From positions 1-63,389 of IMG/VR virus record IMGVR_UViG_3300045921_000040: DNA of 63,389 nucleotides; one strand, written 5' to 3'. Each line of letters opens with the position of its first letter. Positions within the stretch are counted from its first letter, which is position 1. Position numbers and translations under genes: made by a program. Below are positions 18,610-28,670 of this stretch, piece by piece. The DNA is from a virus. Lineage: Duplodnaviria > Caudoviricetes. Under the pieces are notes generated by a model that worked only from the letters and a program-made list of their open reading frames with translations, was not told where the DNA came from and made no database searches.

Positions 18610-19548
18610 TCAGTTCTCGATCTTCATAAGTTCACGAGCATATTGCTCAGGTGTCAGACCCAGCTTCTTGGCAATTGCCAGCTGCGACTGCTTGAGTACG
18701 ATCTTTTTGGAGGACCGACTGCGAGAAGCGGGGGCTACAACCGTGGCAGCTTTGGACTCACGGGAAGCGGGCTTAGTTTCTGCCACTTCTTCTTCCCCGA
18801 AATATTCGGGGAAACGACGGCGCATCGTCTTGTCGATGGTCGCCCAATATTCGTCGGTACCCGCAAACTGCGGGCCACGTTCCTGAATGAGCTTCTGATG
18901 AAGCCCAAGCGCAGAGGCCGTCATCTCCGCGTCCGTCCCGTACCACGTATTGCGCTCTTGCCACGCAACGGTCTTTGGGTCGAGTTGCGGAGCCTTAACC
19001 GGCTCTTGGTAAGTTTCTACCTCACGCTCTTCAGCTTGTAAAGTAGGCTTATAAGAGTTGAGCTGGTTAAGCTTGTAAGTTGCTTGAGCGAGCTTTTCTT
19101 GGGCTTCTACGATTTTATCCGTATCGCCAAGTTCGTATGCTTCACGGTAAGCCCGTTTGGCAGCCTCAACCTCGTAACTGGCAGACTGCTTGTAGCTATC
19201 AAGCAGGCTCATCTCACCTGAGCTAAGTGTGGCCTTAAGTCTCCGGTTCTCCTCCAGCAGTCGCTGCGCAGTAGCCAGAGCCTCAGCTTTCTCACGGGCT
19301 TCGCGTTCTTTCTCGCGGCGCTCGTCATGCCAGAGCTTCTTAGCCTGCTTGAGACGGATTTTAACCTTCTCAGAGTAGTCTTCGAGCTCGTCCTTCTCGA
19401 ACTCTTCGACAATCTCCTTGGGCATGGGTTCGCGCCCACGGTCCTCTTCAGGCGTATCGTCAATGATCTCGATCTCAGGTTTGCCTTCGGTTTCTTCTTC
19501 CTTCTCGACTTCATATTCGAAGTCGTCTTCCGGTTTCGTAGCCATCAC
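18610..19548 (-). CDS. Scaffolding protein
   Basis: Acidic coiled coil; C-terminal IAKKLGLTPEQYAR. Confidence 0.7.
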   Translation of the reverse strand: MMATKPEDDFEYEVEKEEETEGKPEIEIIDDTPEEDRGREPMPKEIVEEFEKDELEDYSEKVKIRLKQAKKLWHDERREKEREAREKAEALATAQRLLEENRRLKATLSSGEMSLLDSYKQSASYEVEAAKRAYREAYELGDTDKIVEAQEKLAQATYKLNQLNSYKPTLQAEEREVETYQEPVKAPQLDPKTVAWQERNTWYGTDAEMTASALGLHQKLIQERGPQFAGTDEYWATIDKTMRRRFPEYFGEEEVAETKPASRESKAATVVAPASRSRSSKKIVLKQSQLAIAKKLGLTPEQYARELMKIEN

Positions 19549-19576
19549 TCTTCTCCTTTGTACGGGTTAGCGCCCG

Positions 19577-19960
19577 TTACGCTCTGCTCACTCCACGAGG
19601 GTCCTCGATAACAGCTTCCACTGCATCGTCGTTTATCAGACGGAACTCCTTACCGTGAATCCTAACACGGCTCCCTGCCATAGGGCGGGTAAGGATGAAG
19701 TCCCCTTCTTTGCACCAAGGGCCACTGGGGAACCGCTTTGGGTCCTTATAGGCATCAGGGCCAAGCTTGATTACGAAAAGGACTGGGGTAGTCAGCTCCT
19801 CGTTCCGCATCGTGATATCAGCTTTGTAGATACCACCTGCAGTCTTTTCCTCGATTTCCGGAACTGCGCACAGGATGCGGTATCCGCTTGGGTCAGGTAG
19901 CTGCTTTGCCTTTTGCCCTTCAGTATCAGGCAGAGTCTTGTCCTCTGCTTCAGTCAGCAT
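19577..19960 (-). CDS. groES: GroES-like co-chaperonin
   Basis: PSGYRIL..EKTAGGI..GPDAY..KEGDF..EFRLINDDAVEAV. Confidence 0.8.
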   Translation of the reverse strand: MLTEAEDKTLPDTEGQKAKQLPDPSGYRILCAVPEIEEKTAGGIYKADITMRNEELTTPVLFVIKLGPDAYKDPKRFPSGPWCKEGDFILTRPMAGSRVRIHGKEFRLINDDAVEAVIEDPRGVSRA

Positions 19961-20150
19961 CTTCTTCCTCCTTCATACGTTGTGCGGTTTCGACGATAAT
20001 AGTGTTGGCCATCGTCAAGCCACGAATAATGCCGCAGACCCACTTGTAATCACCATGGTCCTTGGCACCTCCCAGCATGAGATCATTACCCATGCGGGAA
20101 ATCTCCTCATTGACCTTATCAGACAGATATTTCAGCAACTCACTGCTCAT
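19950..20150 (-). CDS. Small conserved protein after the portal
   Basis: DYKWVCGIIRGL; coupled to its neighbours. Confidence 0.65.
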   Translation of the reverse strand: MSSELLKYLSDKVNEEISRMGNDLMLGGAKDHGDYKWVCGIIRGLTMANTIIVETAQRMKEEEDAD

Positions 20151-22630
20151 TTGCCCTCCTTAGGTGGTTTGTTAGGTTGTTGGGGTTGCTGAGGGGCACC
20201 AGCCTCCTTTGCCACCTGCACGCCGATGCGCAGCCCCTCGATCTGCTCCTTGGACGACAGGTTTGCCTTGTCGGTAGCGAGCTTGGCTCCAACCTGCAGC
20301 CCGGCAATCTCCTTCTGAGAGGCGATGCGCTCGCGCTCGATGTCTGCCTTGTCGGCCTTTTCTGCGGCAGTTACAGCAAGCTGCTTCTCCTTGAGAATAA
20401 GCTCGCGCTCCTTGAGCTCAAGCTCCTTCTGCTGCATCTGCACCAGCGGGTCTTGGGCAGCCTGTTGCGCCTGCTGTTGCTGCGCCTCTGCTTGGTTCTT
20501 CTGGAAGAGCTGCGCTGCAGCGGCTGCAGCGAGACGGGAGACAGCAATCTCGGTATCCTCGTCCATCTCGGCACCGGGGGGCGGTAGCGGCACACCAGCC
20601 ATGTCCTCGATCTGCTTGCGGTAAGCGAAGGCCAAGTGCTCCTGAATGTGTGCTGCAGCGGCAGCGGCAATAGCCGAGGCGTTGGGGCTCTGCCCCACCA
20701 TCTGCATGAGCTTGGGGTCCTGCATCGCTGCCATATGCACAGCGATATGCGCCTCGTGGTCTTGGTATATAAACGCCTTGACCGGTTTGCCGTTGAGCAT
20801 GTCCATGTTCTCACTCACCGGGTCGCGTGGCTTGCGTGTAGCATCATCCGGCAGTGGCACGAGCTTCTCGGCGTTCTTGATCCCCAACACCTCCAGCATC
20901 TGCCTATGAAGATAAGGCATGTCGTAAATCTGAGGTGCACTCTGCGCCAACTGTATGACCGCCTGATACTGGACGATCTTCTGCGCCATAGTCGCAGCGT
21001 TAGGGTCGCTGACCGGGATGACCTCGACCATGTCGTAGTCACCCTTCTTGGCCTTCCGCCCGCCTTCCTCCGGCTCGTAAGGATACTCGTCAGGGGTGTA
21101 GTCGCGTATAATGCCCTTCAGCAGTTTGAATTCCTGCCGCATCGAGTAGTGTATCCGCGCCTGCACCGCAGACATCATCTTCAACGTACGCTCAAGAATG
21201 GCCAGCGTTGTGCCGACCGGAGCCTGAGCTGACATATCGGAAACTTTGAGGTCCGCAGCCCCCGCGAACTTGCGCCCTTCCTCAACGATGGTGTTCAGCA
21301 GGTTATAGAGGGTCGCGCTGGGCTCCTTGTACGGCAGCGGCATGATATTGTCGCGCATCGTGCCAGAGGCGACATCCACGTCACGCCACTCTGCGGGACC
21401 GATGGGTGTGTCATCTCCCTTGACCCTGAGGCCCTTGGTCTTGAACCCACCGGGCAGGTTGCTCAACGTGCCCGCGTCCACCAACTGGCGAATGATGCTT
21501 GTGCCCGATTTAGCGAAGGCACCGATGAGGTGGATGAGCCCGAAGGCATAGAACCCGAACCCCGGCACGTAAGCATAATGCACGAAGTGGCTGCGCTTGG
21601 CCTTCCTGTCATCCTCAGGCTGCCAGTTGCGCCGAATAGCCAAGACCTGTCTGGTGCCTTTCTCGATGGTGACTACGTAAGGGACGGCCACCTCATTTTT
21701 CGTTTCTTCCTCAGCAAAGGTATCTTCCTCGATGACAAGGTTGGCGTGCATCTCCAGCAGCTTGAACCTGTCGTCGGTCGAAGCCCTGAACCCCATACGC
21801 TCGGCAATGGCCTTCTCGACATCATCAAGCGTATCCTGAGGATCACCCAGCTCGATATTGCGGTAGAACCCGCTGGCCTGAAGTTTCTTGACCTCGTTGG
21901 GGGTCTTGCGCATGACGTGCGTCACGCGCTCGGCTGTCTCCAGATTGCTGGCGCCATAAGGCACCACAACATCTTCCGCAGGGACAAACATGCTGACTTG
22001 CCGCTGCAGGTTAGGGTCGTAATAGACCTTCTTGAATGCGTTACCCGAAAGACCAAGCCCCCACAGCATCCGCTCATGCTCGGCGCGATATTCGGTCATC
22101 ACATCCGTGAGCTGGTAGTTCATATCATCCTGCACGCGCTTGGCGGCTTCAAGCTTTACGGGTGTCTCCTTACCAATAACCTGTGTGCGCACCGGACCTT
22201 GAGCCGGAAAGGTCTCCATCATGGTCTCGGCCTGAAACTTGACAAGCGCCTCGCTCATCAGAGGATGATACACCCCACATGCGCCTTCCCAAGGCTCGCT
22301 ACGGTCCTCAACCTTCATTCCGAGCAGCTCTAGTCCGTCAACAAAGGCAGTTATCCAGTCCTTGCGGCTCCTCTCATCCTCCTCATAGTCCTCAAGCAGG
22401 TCAGAAGCGATCTGGTCCAGTTTGCTATCGTCGAGAATCTCGGCAAGGTTCTCGTTGAACTCGGCATTAGCCTCCTCTTCTTCAGGAGACTCATCGTCGC
22501 CAATCTCCAGCTCGATCTCGACCTCCACTTCAGGATCGGGCTCAGGAATGTTTACCCCCGGCACAACGCCGGATTGGAATGTGGCATCCAGACCAAGAGG
22601 GGCTTGGTTGATTGACTTGTCAACACCCAT
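20147..22630 (-). CDS. Portal protein (P22-like, C-terminal coiled coil)
   Basis: 827 aa after terL; GNAFKKVYYD, GFYAFGLIHL; Q-rich C-terminus. Confidence 0.85.
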   Translation of the reverse strand: MGVDKSINQAPLGLDATFQSGVVPGVNIPEPDPEVEVEIELEIGDDESPEEEEANAEFNENLAEILDDSKLDQIASDLLEDYEEDERSRKDWITAFVDGLELLGMKVEDRSEPWEGACGVYHPLMSEALVKFQAETMMETFPAQGPVRTQVIGKETPVKLEAAKRVQDDMNYQLTDVMTEYRAEHERMLWGLGLSGNAFKKVYYDPNLQRQVSMFVPAEDVVVPYGASNLETAERVTHVMRKTPNEVKKLQASGFYRNIELGDPQDTLDDVEKAIAERMGFRASTDDRFKLLEMHANLVIEEDTFAEEETKNEVAVPYVVTIEKGTRQVLAIRRNWQPEDDRKAKRSHFVHYAYVPGFGFYAFGLIHLIGAFAKSGTSIIRQLVDAGTLSNLPGGFKTKGLRVKGDDTPIGPAEWRDVDVASGTMRDNIMPLPYKEPSATLYNLLNTIVEEGRKFAGAADLKVSDMSAQAPVGTTLAILERTLKMMSAVQARIHYSMRQEFKLLKGIIRDYTPDEYPYEPEEGGRKAKKGDYDMVEVIPVSDPNAATMAQKIVQYQAVIQLAQSAPQIYDMPYLHRQMLEVLGIKNAEKLVPLPDDATRKPRDPVSENMDMLNGKPVKAFIYQDHEAHIAVHMAAMQDPKLMQMVGQSPNASAIAAAAAAHIQEHLAFAYRKQIEDMAGVPLPPPGAEMDEDTEIAVSRLAAAAAAQLFQKNQAEAQQQQAQQAAQDPLVQMQQKELELKERELILKEKQLAVTAAEKADKADIERERIASQKEIAGLQVGAKLATDKANLSSKEQIEGLRIGVQVAKEAGAPQQPQQPNKPPKEGK

Positions 22631-22641
22631 CGTATTTTCCT

Positions 22642-24165
22642 CTAATAATACCCTCTACCGCGACTGGACTTGAAGTAAACTGGCTCATCCGGTTCATCCA
22701 GATCGGTAGTAACATAACCGCCCTGACGAAAACGATGCAAAGCCATGCTTACGGTGTCGGTATAGTCATCATGCGATCCGGCGGGAAACTCCGCCACTTC
22801 ATCAATCACTTCTTCTGCCCAACGAGTAGCAGGAGCCCATACTCTGCCGGAAGCAAAGATATCCGCGACTGCGTTTAAGCGGCTAATCTTGTCATTTCCA
22901 CGTGTCGGAGTAAAGCCCTGCACAGGAATGCCCATCGAACGCAGCTCGTAGAGCAACGGTGAGCCACTTGCCTTCTTTTCGATAATCACCGAGTCCGGCT
23001 TCCACTCACGATACTCCTCAATGGCAACCCTTTTGAGTTCAGGAAACTCCATACGGTCGCGGAAGGCGTTGAGAAGAATAATATTGGCCTGTGTAACACC
23101 ACTTTCGTCGGGATAATAGAACACACCCCACGTCGTGCAGGCTGAATAGTCGGCTCGTTGGGTCTTTTCGAAGGCTGTATCCCACGCCATGAGCAGAAAT
23201 TCGCACTCGGGAGGGTCGTCGTGGGGCCATTCACGCCACCATTCGCGTTTTATAATGGCTGCAGACTCGGAAATCGGGTTTTGTTGGTACTGCGCCATCC
23301 ATTTCGAGTTCGGGACGTCCCGTTTTACCTTGAGAAGCTCCTCAAGCGACCAAAATTCAGGCCACAAAGGGTTCCCGGATGGCAAAATCGCGGGAAATTC
23401 GATGACTTCCCACTCATCCAAGCTGTCATTGTTGGCAGCGTCCTGCAAAATACGCCCACAAAGGTCTCGCTTCGACCACCGAGTCATGACGATGATGATC
23501 GCGCCGCCTGGCTGAAGGCGCTGGCGCGGCCCAGAAGTATACCATTCGTAAGCTTTATCGTAAATTTCGGGGTTCGATTCAGCAATAGCGGCCTCTTGCT
23601 CGCTATGGGGGTCGTCGATTATTAAAATATCAGCGCCTTTACCAGTAACAGCACCGCCTACACCGATAGCGAAGTAGTCACCGCCCTTGCTTGTATTCCA
23701 ACGCCCTGCTGCTTTACTGTCCGAAGCGAGCTCCAAATCAGGAAAAATCTGTTTGTATACTTCTGTATCGACGAGGTTACGCACTTTACGACCAAAACCC
23801 ACAGCTAGTTCAGCTGTGTGGGAGCATTGAATTACTTTTTTGCTTGGAAACTTCCCCAAAAACCACGCGGGAAGCAAGTAAGAAGCAAATTCAGACTTTG
23901 TGTGCCTCGGCGGGAGGTTAAGTATAAGTCTCTTACACTCGCCCCTAGCAACGCGCTCGAACGCATCTGCCATCCTCGCATGATGCCGACCAGCAATGAA
24001 CGAAGGCCAGACCTCCTTGACGAAGGGTAGGAACCTATCCTGTGCAGCCTTGCGCTTCTTGAGCTCGACCAGCTTGTCCAACTCCGCCAGCAGGCGCTCC
24101 TGCTCGTGCACAGGGAGCTTGTGCAATACCTTCGGGATGTCCTTGAGGGAGATGTCTTTGGACAT
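22642..24165 (-). CDS. terL: Terminase large subunit
   Basis: LPPRHTKS Walker A variant, LIIDDPH Walker B, WDTA and HDDYTD RNase H motifs. Confidence 0.92.
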   Translation of the reverse strand: MSKDISLKDIPKVLHKLPVHEQERLLAELDKLVELKKRKAAQDRFLPFVKEVWPSFIAGRHHARMADAFERVARGECKRLILNLPPRHTKSEFASYLLPAWFLGKFPSKKVIQCSHTAELAVGFGRKVRNLVDTEVYKQIFPDLELASDSKAAGRWNTSKGGDYFAIGVGGAVTGKGADILIIDDPHSEQEAAIAESNPEIYDKAYEWYTSGPRQRLQPGGAIIIVMTRWSKRDLCGRILQDAANNDSLDEWEVIEFPAILPSGNPLWPEFWSLEELLKVKRDVPNSKWMAQYQQNPISESAAIIKREWWREWPHDDPPECEFLLMAWDTAFEKTQRADYSACTTWGVFYYPDESGVTQANIILLNAFRDRMEFPELKRVAIEEYREWKPDSVIIEKKASGSPLLYELRSMGIPVQGFTPTRGNDKISRLNAVADIFASGRVWAPATRWAEEVIDEVAEFPAGSHDDYTDTVSMALHRFRQGGYVTTDLDEPDEPVYFKSSRGRGYY

Positions 24166-24166
24166 A

Positions 24167-24394
24167 TCAGTTGCGGTGCAACGCGCTCTTGGCGTACTCA
24201 AGCGCCCCAAGCAGCCGCCAGCGGTCGTCAAAATGTCCGAAGGATTCGAAACAGCTATTCTCGCGGTCGTTGAACACGATTACCGCCTCACTTATCCCCC
24301 CTTTTTCGAAGCGGTCCGCAAGGTTGCGTAGGTAATTAGCCGCGCTAGCCCACTCCTCAGCGCGGCCATCCTTGAGGTCAACCAGCTTCATCAT
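24167..24394 (-). CDS. Hypothetical protein
   Basis: Between terS and terL; LLGALEYAK. Confidence 0.5.
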   Translation of the reverse strand: MMKLVDLKDGRAEEWASAANYLRNLADRFEKGGISEAVIVFNDRENSCFESFGHFDDRWRLLGALEYAKSALHRN

Positions 24395-24992
24395 CTTCCT
24401 CCTCTTCTTCCATGTCTTCGAACTCACCATCCTCAACGAGACGCAGCTCCTCTTCGAGGTCCATATTGAGAGGCTTGATGTCTACCACGTCAGCATTAAG
24501 CAGGCGTTTGACGCGCTCCTTGATAGCCTCTTCGAGGCTCTCCGGACTGGTATGCCTGACCGTGATCTCACTGCGCTCGGTGAACAGGCCAATATCCGAG
24601 TGCTTGCCCAGCAGCTCGATGGCCTTCAGTTCGTACTTGGTATCGCCGCAATCCGCGATCTCCAGCAGCTTGTTGGTTAGCGCAGTACGCACCTGCTCAA
24701 TATCCAGTGCCATCGACTGCCCATACGCCTTCAGGAAGGCCGCTGCACCAAGTGCTGCAGGGAGAGACGACTTGAGAGGAGTAATCGTCTGCTGCTCTAT
24801 AGCCTTATCAAGCAGCTTTGCTTCTTCCGAAAGGGTTCCTTTGGTCACCTCTATTGGCGCACCAAGTTGTTCGAGCAGTTCTGCTGTATTGGCAATAGAC
24901 GCCAACCGGTCCTCAAAAGTGTCCAGCTCCTCATCCGACGTATCGTAGGGAACGGGGTGCTCGTCGGTGGGCTCAATTCTTACGGTTGGCAT
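24378..24992 (-). CDS. Putative terminase small subunit
   Basis: LKAIELLGKHSDIGLFTER motif; upstream of terL; start taken at MPTVRIEP. Confidence 0.65.
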   Translation of the reverse strand: MPTVRIEPTDEHPVPYDTSDEELDTFEDRLASIANTAELLEQLGAPIEVTKGTLSEEAKLLDKAIEQQTITPLKSSLPAALGAAAFLKAYGQSMALDIEQVRTALTNKLLEIADCGDTKYELKAIELLGKHSDIGLFTERSEITVRHTSPESLEEAIKERVKRLLNADVVDIKPLNMDLEEELRLVEDGEFEDMEEEEEDDEAG

Positions 24993-25185
24993 GTGCGCAG
25001 CATCCGGTTTGTGGGAAGCAGGATGCCTAAGTATCAGTGTGCAGAGGTGGAGTAAAGGGGGACGACGAAAAGGCTGGGTCCGTGTCGTCCCCCAAACGCT
25101 AGCAGTACGGGAGTTTTCCCACAAATAGATATACCGTGGAACAGCAGGGTGGTCAAGGAGTCCCAAGGGGCGGCTTCTATATATT

Positions 25186-25345
25186 AGGGGGTAGGGGGTC
25201 GAGCAGGTGTTTTTATGACGGGGGTGGGGGGTGTGGTTGGGGGGTGGTGGTGTAAATTGACGGGGGTGGGGGTGTGTTGGTGAGTGGTGGTGAGTGGGGT
25301 AAATTGACGGGGGTGGGGGGTGTGTTTGGGGGGTGGTGGTGTAAT
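25186..25345 (+). repeat. G-run rich repeat region, 3 x TGACGGGGGTGGGGG(G)TGTG
   Basis: Copies near 25216, 25258 and 25305. Confidence 0.8.
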
Positions 25346-25685
25346 GTGTAAAATAGTAAGTATAGAGTGAGCCGAGAGTCCCAACATATCCTAGGGGGGT
25401 ACCCTCCCGGTACGGTCGAGAAATCACTAAGTCTCCAACCCTCCCCCCCTCTATTTTTGTAACTACGTTCCAACATAATTCCAACCTACTAAACCTTTTT
25501 CGCTCCACGGAGCGAAAAGCGCGCCATTTTTCCAGTCCAGCTACTGCTGCACTACATCCCTAACTAGGTTAAGCCCTAGTCTATTAATTCCCTAGGCCGA
25601 TTTGGTCTAAGCGGGGGTTAGTGCTATAGTCAATCTGTCGTTAGGGAATAGTTCCCTTCGACTAGTGCAACTAGAGGAAAGTATC

Positions 25686-26579
25686 ATGCAACATCTTAAC
25701 TCAAACGCCTCGCTTATCACGATTGGGCTGCAAGAATATCGGCGCGGCTCTGATATCGCTGAGGGCGGTATTGTCCAGATTGCTGAAGGTATCCTGCAAT
25801 CTTGGGATACGGTGCTACGCTGGTCGTATAAGGGCGAGGGCGGCAAAGAGGTTTACGGGCTGTGCAAGCTCGGGGAGCTTTATAAGCCGATCTTGAAGCC
25901 TGACGGTGAAGTCGATGGCAAGGCCAAGTCGGCCAAGTGGCGCGCGGTCGGCGAGTTGTATAACCCTGACGGCGGCGATATGGAAGCCCGCGACAAGGTG
26001 GCGCTGCAACGCGGTTTCACCATTGCGGCGGCCTGCAAGGCTGGCGCTGAAGTCGAATTCGAAACAGTCACGGTTGAGCGCGGCGGCAAGCGGCGCAAGG
26101 TTAGGGCTGCTATCGTCCCGGCTGAAGTCGCCTTCGACTTCGTGGACAGTGAGGGGAAAACTACCCCCTTCGGTCGCGGCGCTATCAAGCGGCACAAAGA
26201 GGCTCTCAAGGCACTGCGTATGGCAGTCCCGGAAAGTGAATCTGAAGTGCTGGAAAAGCTGGCGGGGATGCCGGTTGAGTGCGTCGGCGGCAATCACCCA
26301 ACGTTTGGTAAGGTGCCGTCGGCGTCCAGTCTCGCCAACATTCTGCGGCCCTACGCGGTCGCCGCTGGGTTCATGCCTCCTGCCAAGCCGCGCAATACGG
26401 ATAGCAAGGTGGAAGATACGGGGCGCGAGGCGCTGGAGTCGCTCGATTTCCTCACGTCCAGCCTAGATGTCATGCTCACCAGCGACGAGGCGGATTTCGC
26501 GCCCAGTGCGGAATTCGACGCCAAGCTGCAAACGCTGATTGCCAAGGCGCAGGCGTATCTGGCGCGGTTCGCCGATTGA
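25686..26579 (+). CDS. Hypothetical protein, first gene of the plus-strand arm
   Basis: GAGG RBS; 297-aa ORF followed by a hairpin. Confidence 0.7.
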   Translation: MQHLNSNASLITIGLQEYRRGSDIAEGGIVQIAEGILQSWDTVLRWSYKGEGGKEVYGLCKLGELYKPILKPDGEVDGKAKSAKWRAVGELYNPDGGDMEARDKVALQRGFTIAAACKAGAEVEFETVTVERGGKRRKVRAAIVPAEVAFDFVDSEGKTTPFGRGAIKRHKEALKALRMAVPESESEVLEKLAGMPVECVGGNHPTFGKVPSASSLANILRPYAVAAGFMPPAKPRNTDSKVEDTGREALESLDFLTSSLDVMLTSDEADFAPSAEFDAKLQTLIAKAQAYLARFAD

Positions 26580-26631
26580 TTGTCAACCTAGGGCGGGGCT
26601 GCGGTCCCGCCCGCTTTTCAAGGGATATGAT

Positions 26632-26853
26632 ATGGACAAAAAATTGAATGGCTGGAAAGACGGTCTCGTAAGTGCGCAAGAAATAGTGGCGGAATTGGAA
26701 TGCAACATTGTGCAATTTTTAGACACTTTGGCGCGCGACGCGTGCCGTGACAATTGCCCGCTTGATGTGCATTTCTATGTTGAAGCGGAGCGGAAAGTCT
26801 CGCGCATCTTGCGTCAGGTCGAGCACCGCTTGCCCCGCCAGCATCGCTTTTAA
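26632..26853 (+). CDS. Hypothetical protein
   Basis: AAGGGA RBS; followed by a terminator. Confidence 0.5.
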   Translation: MDKKLNGWKDGLVSAQEIVAELECNIVQFLDTLARDACRDNCPLDVHFYVEAERKVSRILRQVEHRLPRQHRF

Positions 26854-26868
26854 GCGGCTTCCACTTTA

Positions 26869-26901
26869 CCCCGTCCGGCTTTGCGCTGGACGGGGTTTTT
26901 T
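26869..26901 (+). terminator. Rho-independent terminator
   Basis: ccccgtccggc-tttgc-gctggacgggg followed by T6. Confidence 0.8.
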
Positions 26902-27101
26902 CGTGTCTGCGTCTGGGGCAGGGCGCGGCGGCGAGGCAGGGCGCGGCGGCGAGGCAGGGCGCGGCGCAGCCGCGCCGTGTGTTGCGAAGCAACACACCTA
27001 AAACAAACTAACGCCAAGCGAAGCTTGTCTTTATTGGATGATAGTAAGCATAGAAACCACGTGATAGTATCAGTAAAGCCACGTGATAGTAAAAAGTAGC
27101 C

Positions 27102-27569
27102 TGACTGGTTGGATGAGCGCCTAGGCACCGATTGCTTGCCGCCTCGTGTGCCTAGGTTAGCCCCGGCTTCCTTAGTTACCTACTAGCCATGATAGTTGAC
27201 TGGTTGGATGAGCGCCTAGGTTACTTGTCCTCACCCGGCCAGTATTCTTCGTCATCTTCGTCTACGTTGCTCACCAACTCTTCGGGGTCGTACCAAGCAG
27301 CGAGTGTAGCCCTAAGCTTGGCTTGGTCCGCTTTGTAGTCATACTCCTCCGCAGGTGCGGGCGCTGGCTCAGGCTTAACTGAGTTAGCGAACCCTTCCAG
27401 ATACCTCATAATTGCCAGGCGAACCAAAGAGGACACACTACGGCAATCCTCCTTAGCCTTTTTGGACAGGGTTACATAATGTTTGAGTGGAATCACGGTG
27501 GTTACAGAAACAGACTGTTTGGTGGACATCTCGCTAAACCTCATGATAGTTGACTGGTTGGATGAGCGC
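27102..27569. repeat. Three direct repeats of TGACTGGTTGGATGAGCGC
   Basis: Copies at 27102, 27197 and 27551; copies 2 and 3 extend upstream with CATGATAGT. Confidence 0.85.
27221..27529 (-). CDS. Ribbon-helix-helix (CopG/Arc-like) DNA-binding protein
   Basis: VSVTTVI beta strand then LSKKAKEDCRSVSSLVRLAIMRYL. Confidence 0.6.
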   Translation of the reverse strand: MSTKQSVSVTTVIPLKHYVTLSKKAKEDCRSVSSLVRLAIMRYLEGFANSVKPEPAPAPAEEYDYKADQAKLRATLAAWYDPEELVSNVDEDDEEYWPGEDK

Positions 27570-28386
27570 TTACTCAATCCACGCAAAACATAAGTTACTA
27601 GGAACGGGGTGTCAAGCCCAAATTCGACATTGGCGCGACCAATCACAACCTCTGTGGTATGGCGTGGTAATACGCTAACCGAGTTACAATACCCTAACAA
27701 ACTTATGAGGTACGCTTATATCGATATAGCGGCGTGTTGTGTAGCCCTTACGGCTCCACAGTAGGGCTTCAAAAACTAATATTGTATGAACAAACCGTAA
27801 CTCGGAAAAGCTAACCACACAGCGCCATTTCTATACGCCTAAGAATTACAATAACCGACCGTAACACAGTATATATATATTGGCATAAGCTAATAGGCAC
27901 ACTGGTGAGCACGCAGCTATGCAGTAGAACCAAGAGGCAAAAATGATAAATCGGCCCCAAAAATGACGAATAAGTTGATACGCAAGTAGCTGAAAAAGCT
28001 ACATTTTTACGAAAATGATAAAATTATGCGGTTTTTATAATGACCCCCCACCTTACGCACGTGTTTAATCTGCATCAGATATCTTAGGCATTCCTAAGGG
28101 GGCGCACATGAGGTCCCTATATTTTCACCCCATCATAATATCATATTATCATAATATATATATAAGTTATTGAAAAATAAGCGTTTCTTTTCTGATATTC
28201 TTTCTGACGTTGTGATATTCCCCACTTTCGCCTGCATAATCAAACACTTACTTGGTTGCACAAAATCGAACAACTTTCCCCTACAAAAACAAGCAGTTAC
28301 CACACAGCCACTGCCTACCTCCGGCCCCAATTAGCCTAAGCCTTTGATTTATCTGAGTTGCACAAAATCGAACACCAGACCTCCAT

Positions 28387-28415
28387 TTGACCTAAGTCCT
28401 TGTTTTTGCTATACT
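28387..28415 (+). promoter_or_regulatory. Sigma70-type promoter
   Basis: TTGACC-N17-TATACT. Confidence 0.7.
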
Positions 28416-28495
28416 TGCAAAATGGGAGAGCAACTTTTTTGCTCACCCATGCGGGCCTCGCTCGCCAATCGCTAACCCAGTTAAGGAACAAACCG

Positions 28496-28657
28496 ATGTA
28501 TATCGTGAACATCGTCGAGCTCACTTCCAAGCAGACTGCTTCCATGCTCGCTAACCGGCGTATTCGTCCGGCCACCCACTACGACGTGCAGTCTGCCTAC
28601 AACCGGGGGCGGCTCATTTTCCGGGACATCCCCACCTTCACCCTTTTCGTGGAATGA
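28496..28657 (+). CDS. Small early protein, paralog of the next gene
   Basis: AAGGA RBS; RRIRPA..DVQSAY. Confidence 0.6.
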   Translation: MYIVNIVELTSKQTASMLANRRIRPATHYDVQSAYNRGRLIFRDIPTFTLFVE

Positions 28658-28670
28658 GGAGCAAGCCATC

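Noticed and set aside
24993-25508. P/H/T-rich N-terminal extension of ORF 24378..25508
   Set aside because: It is the translation of the G-run repeat complement; a plausible terS start lies at 24992
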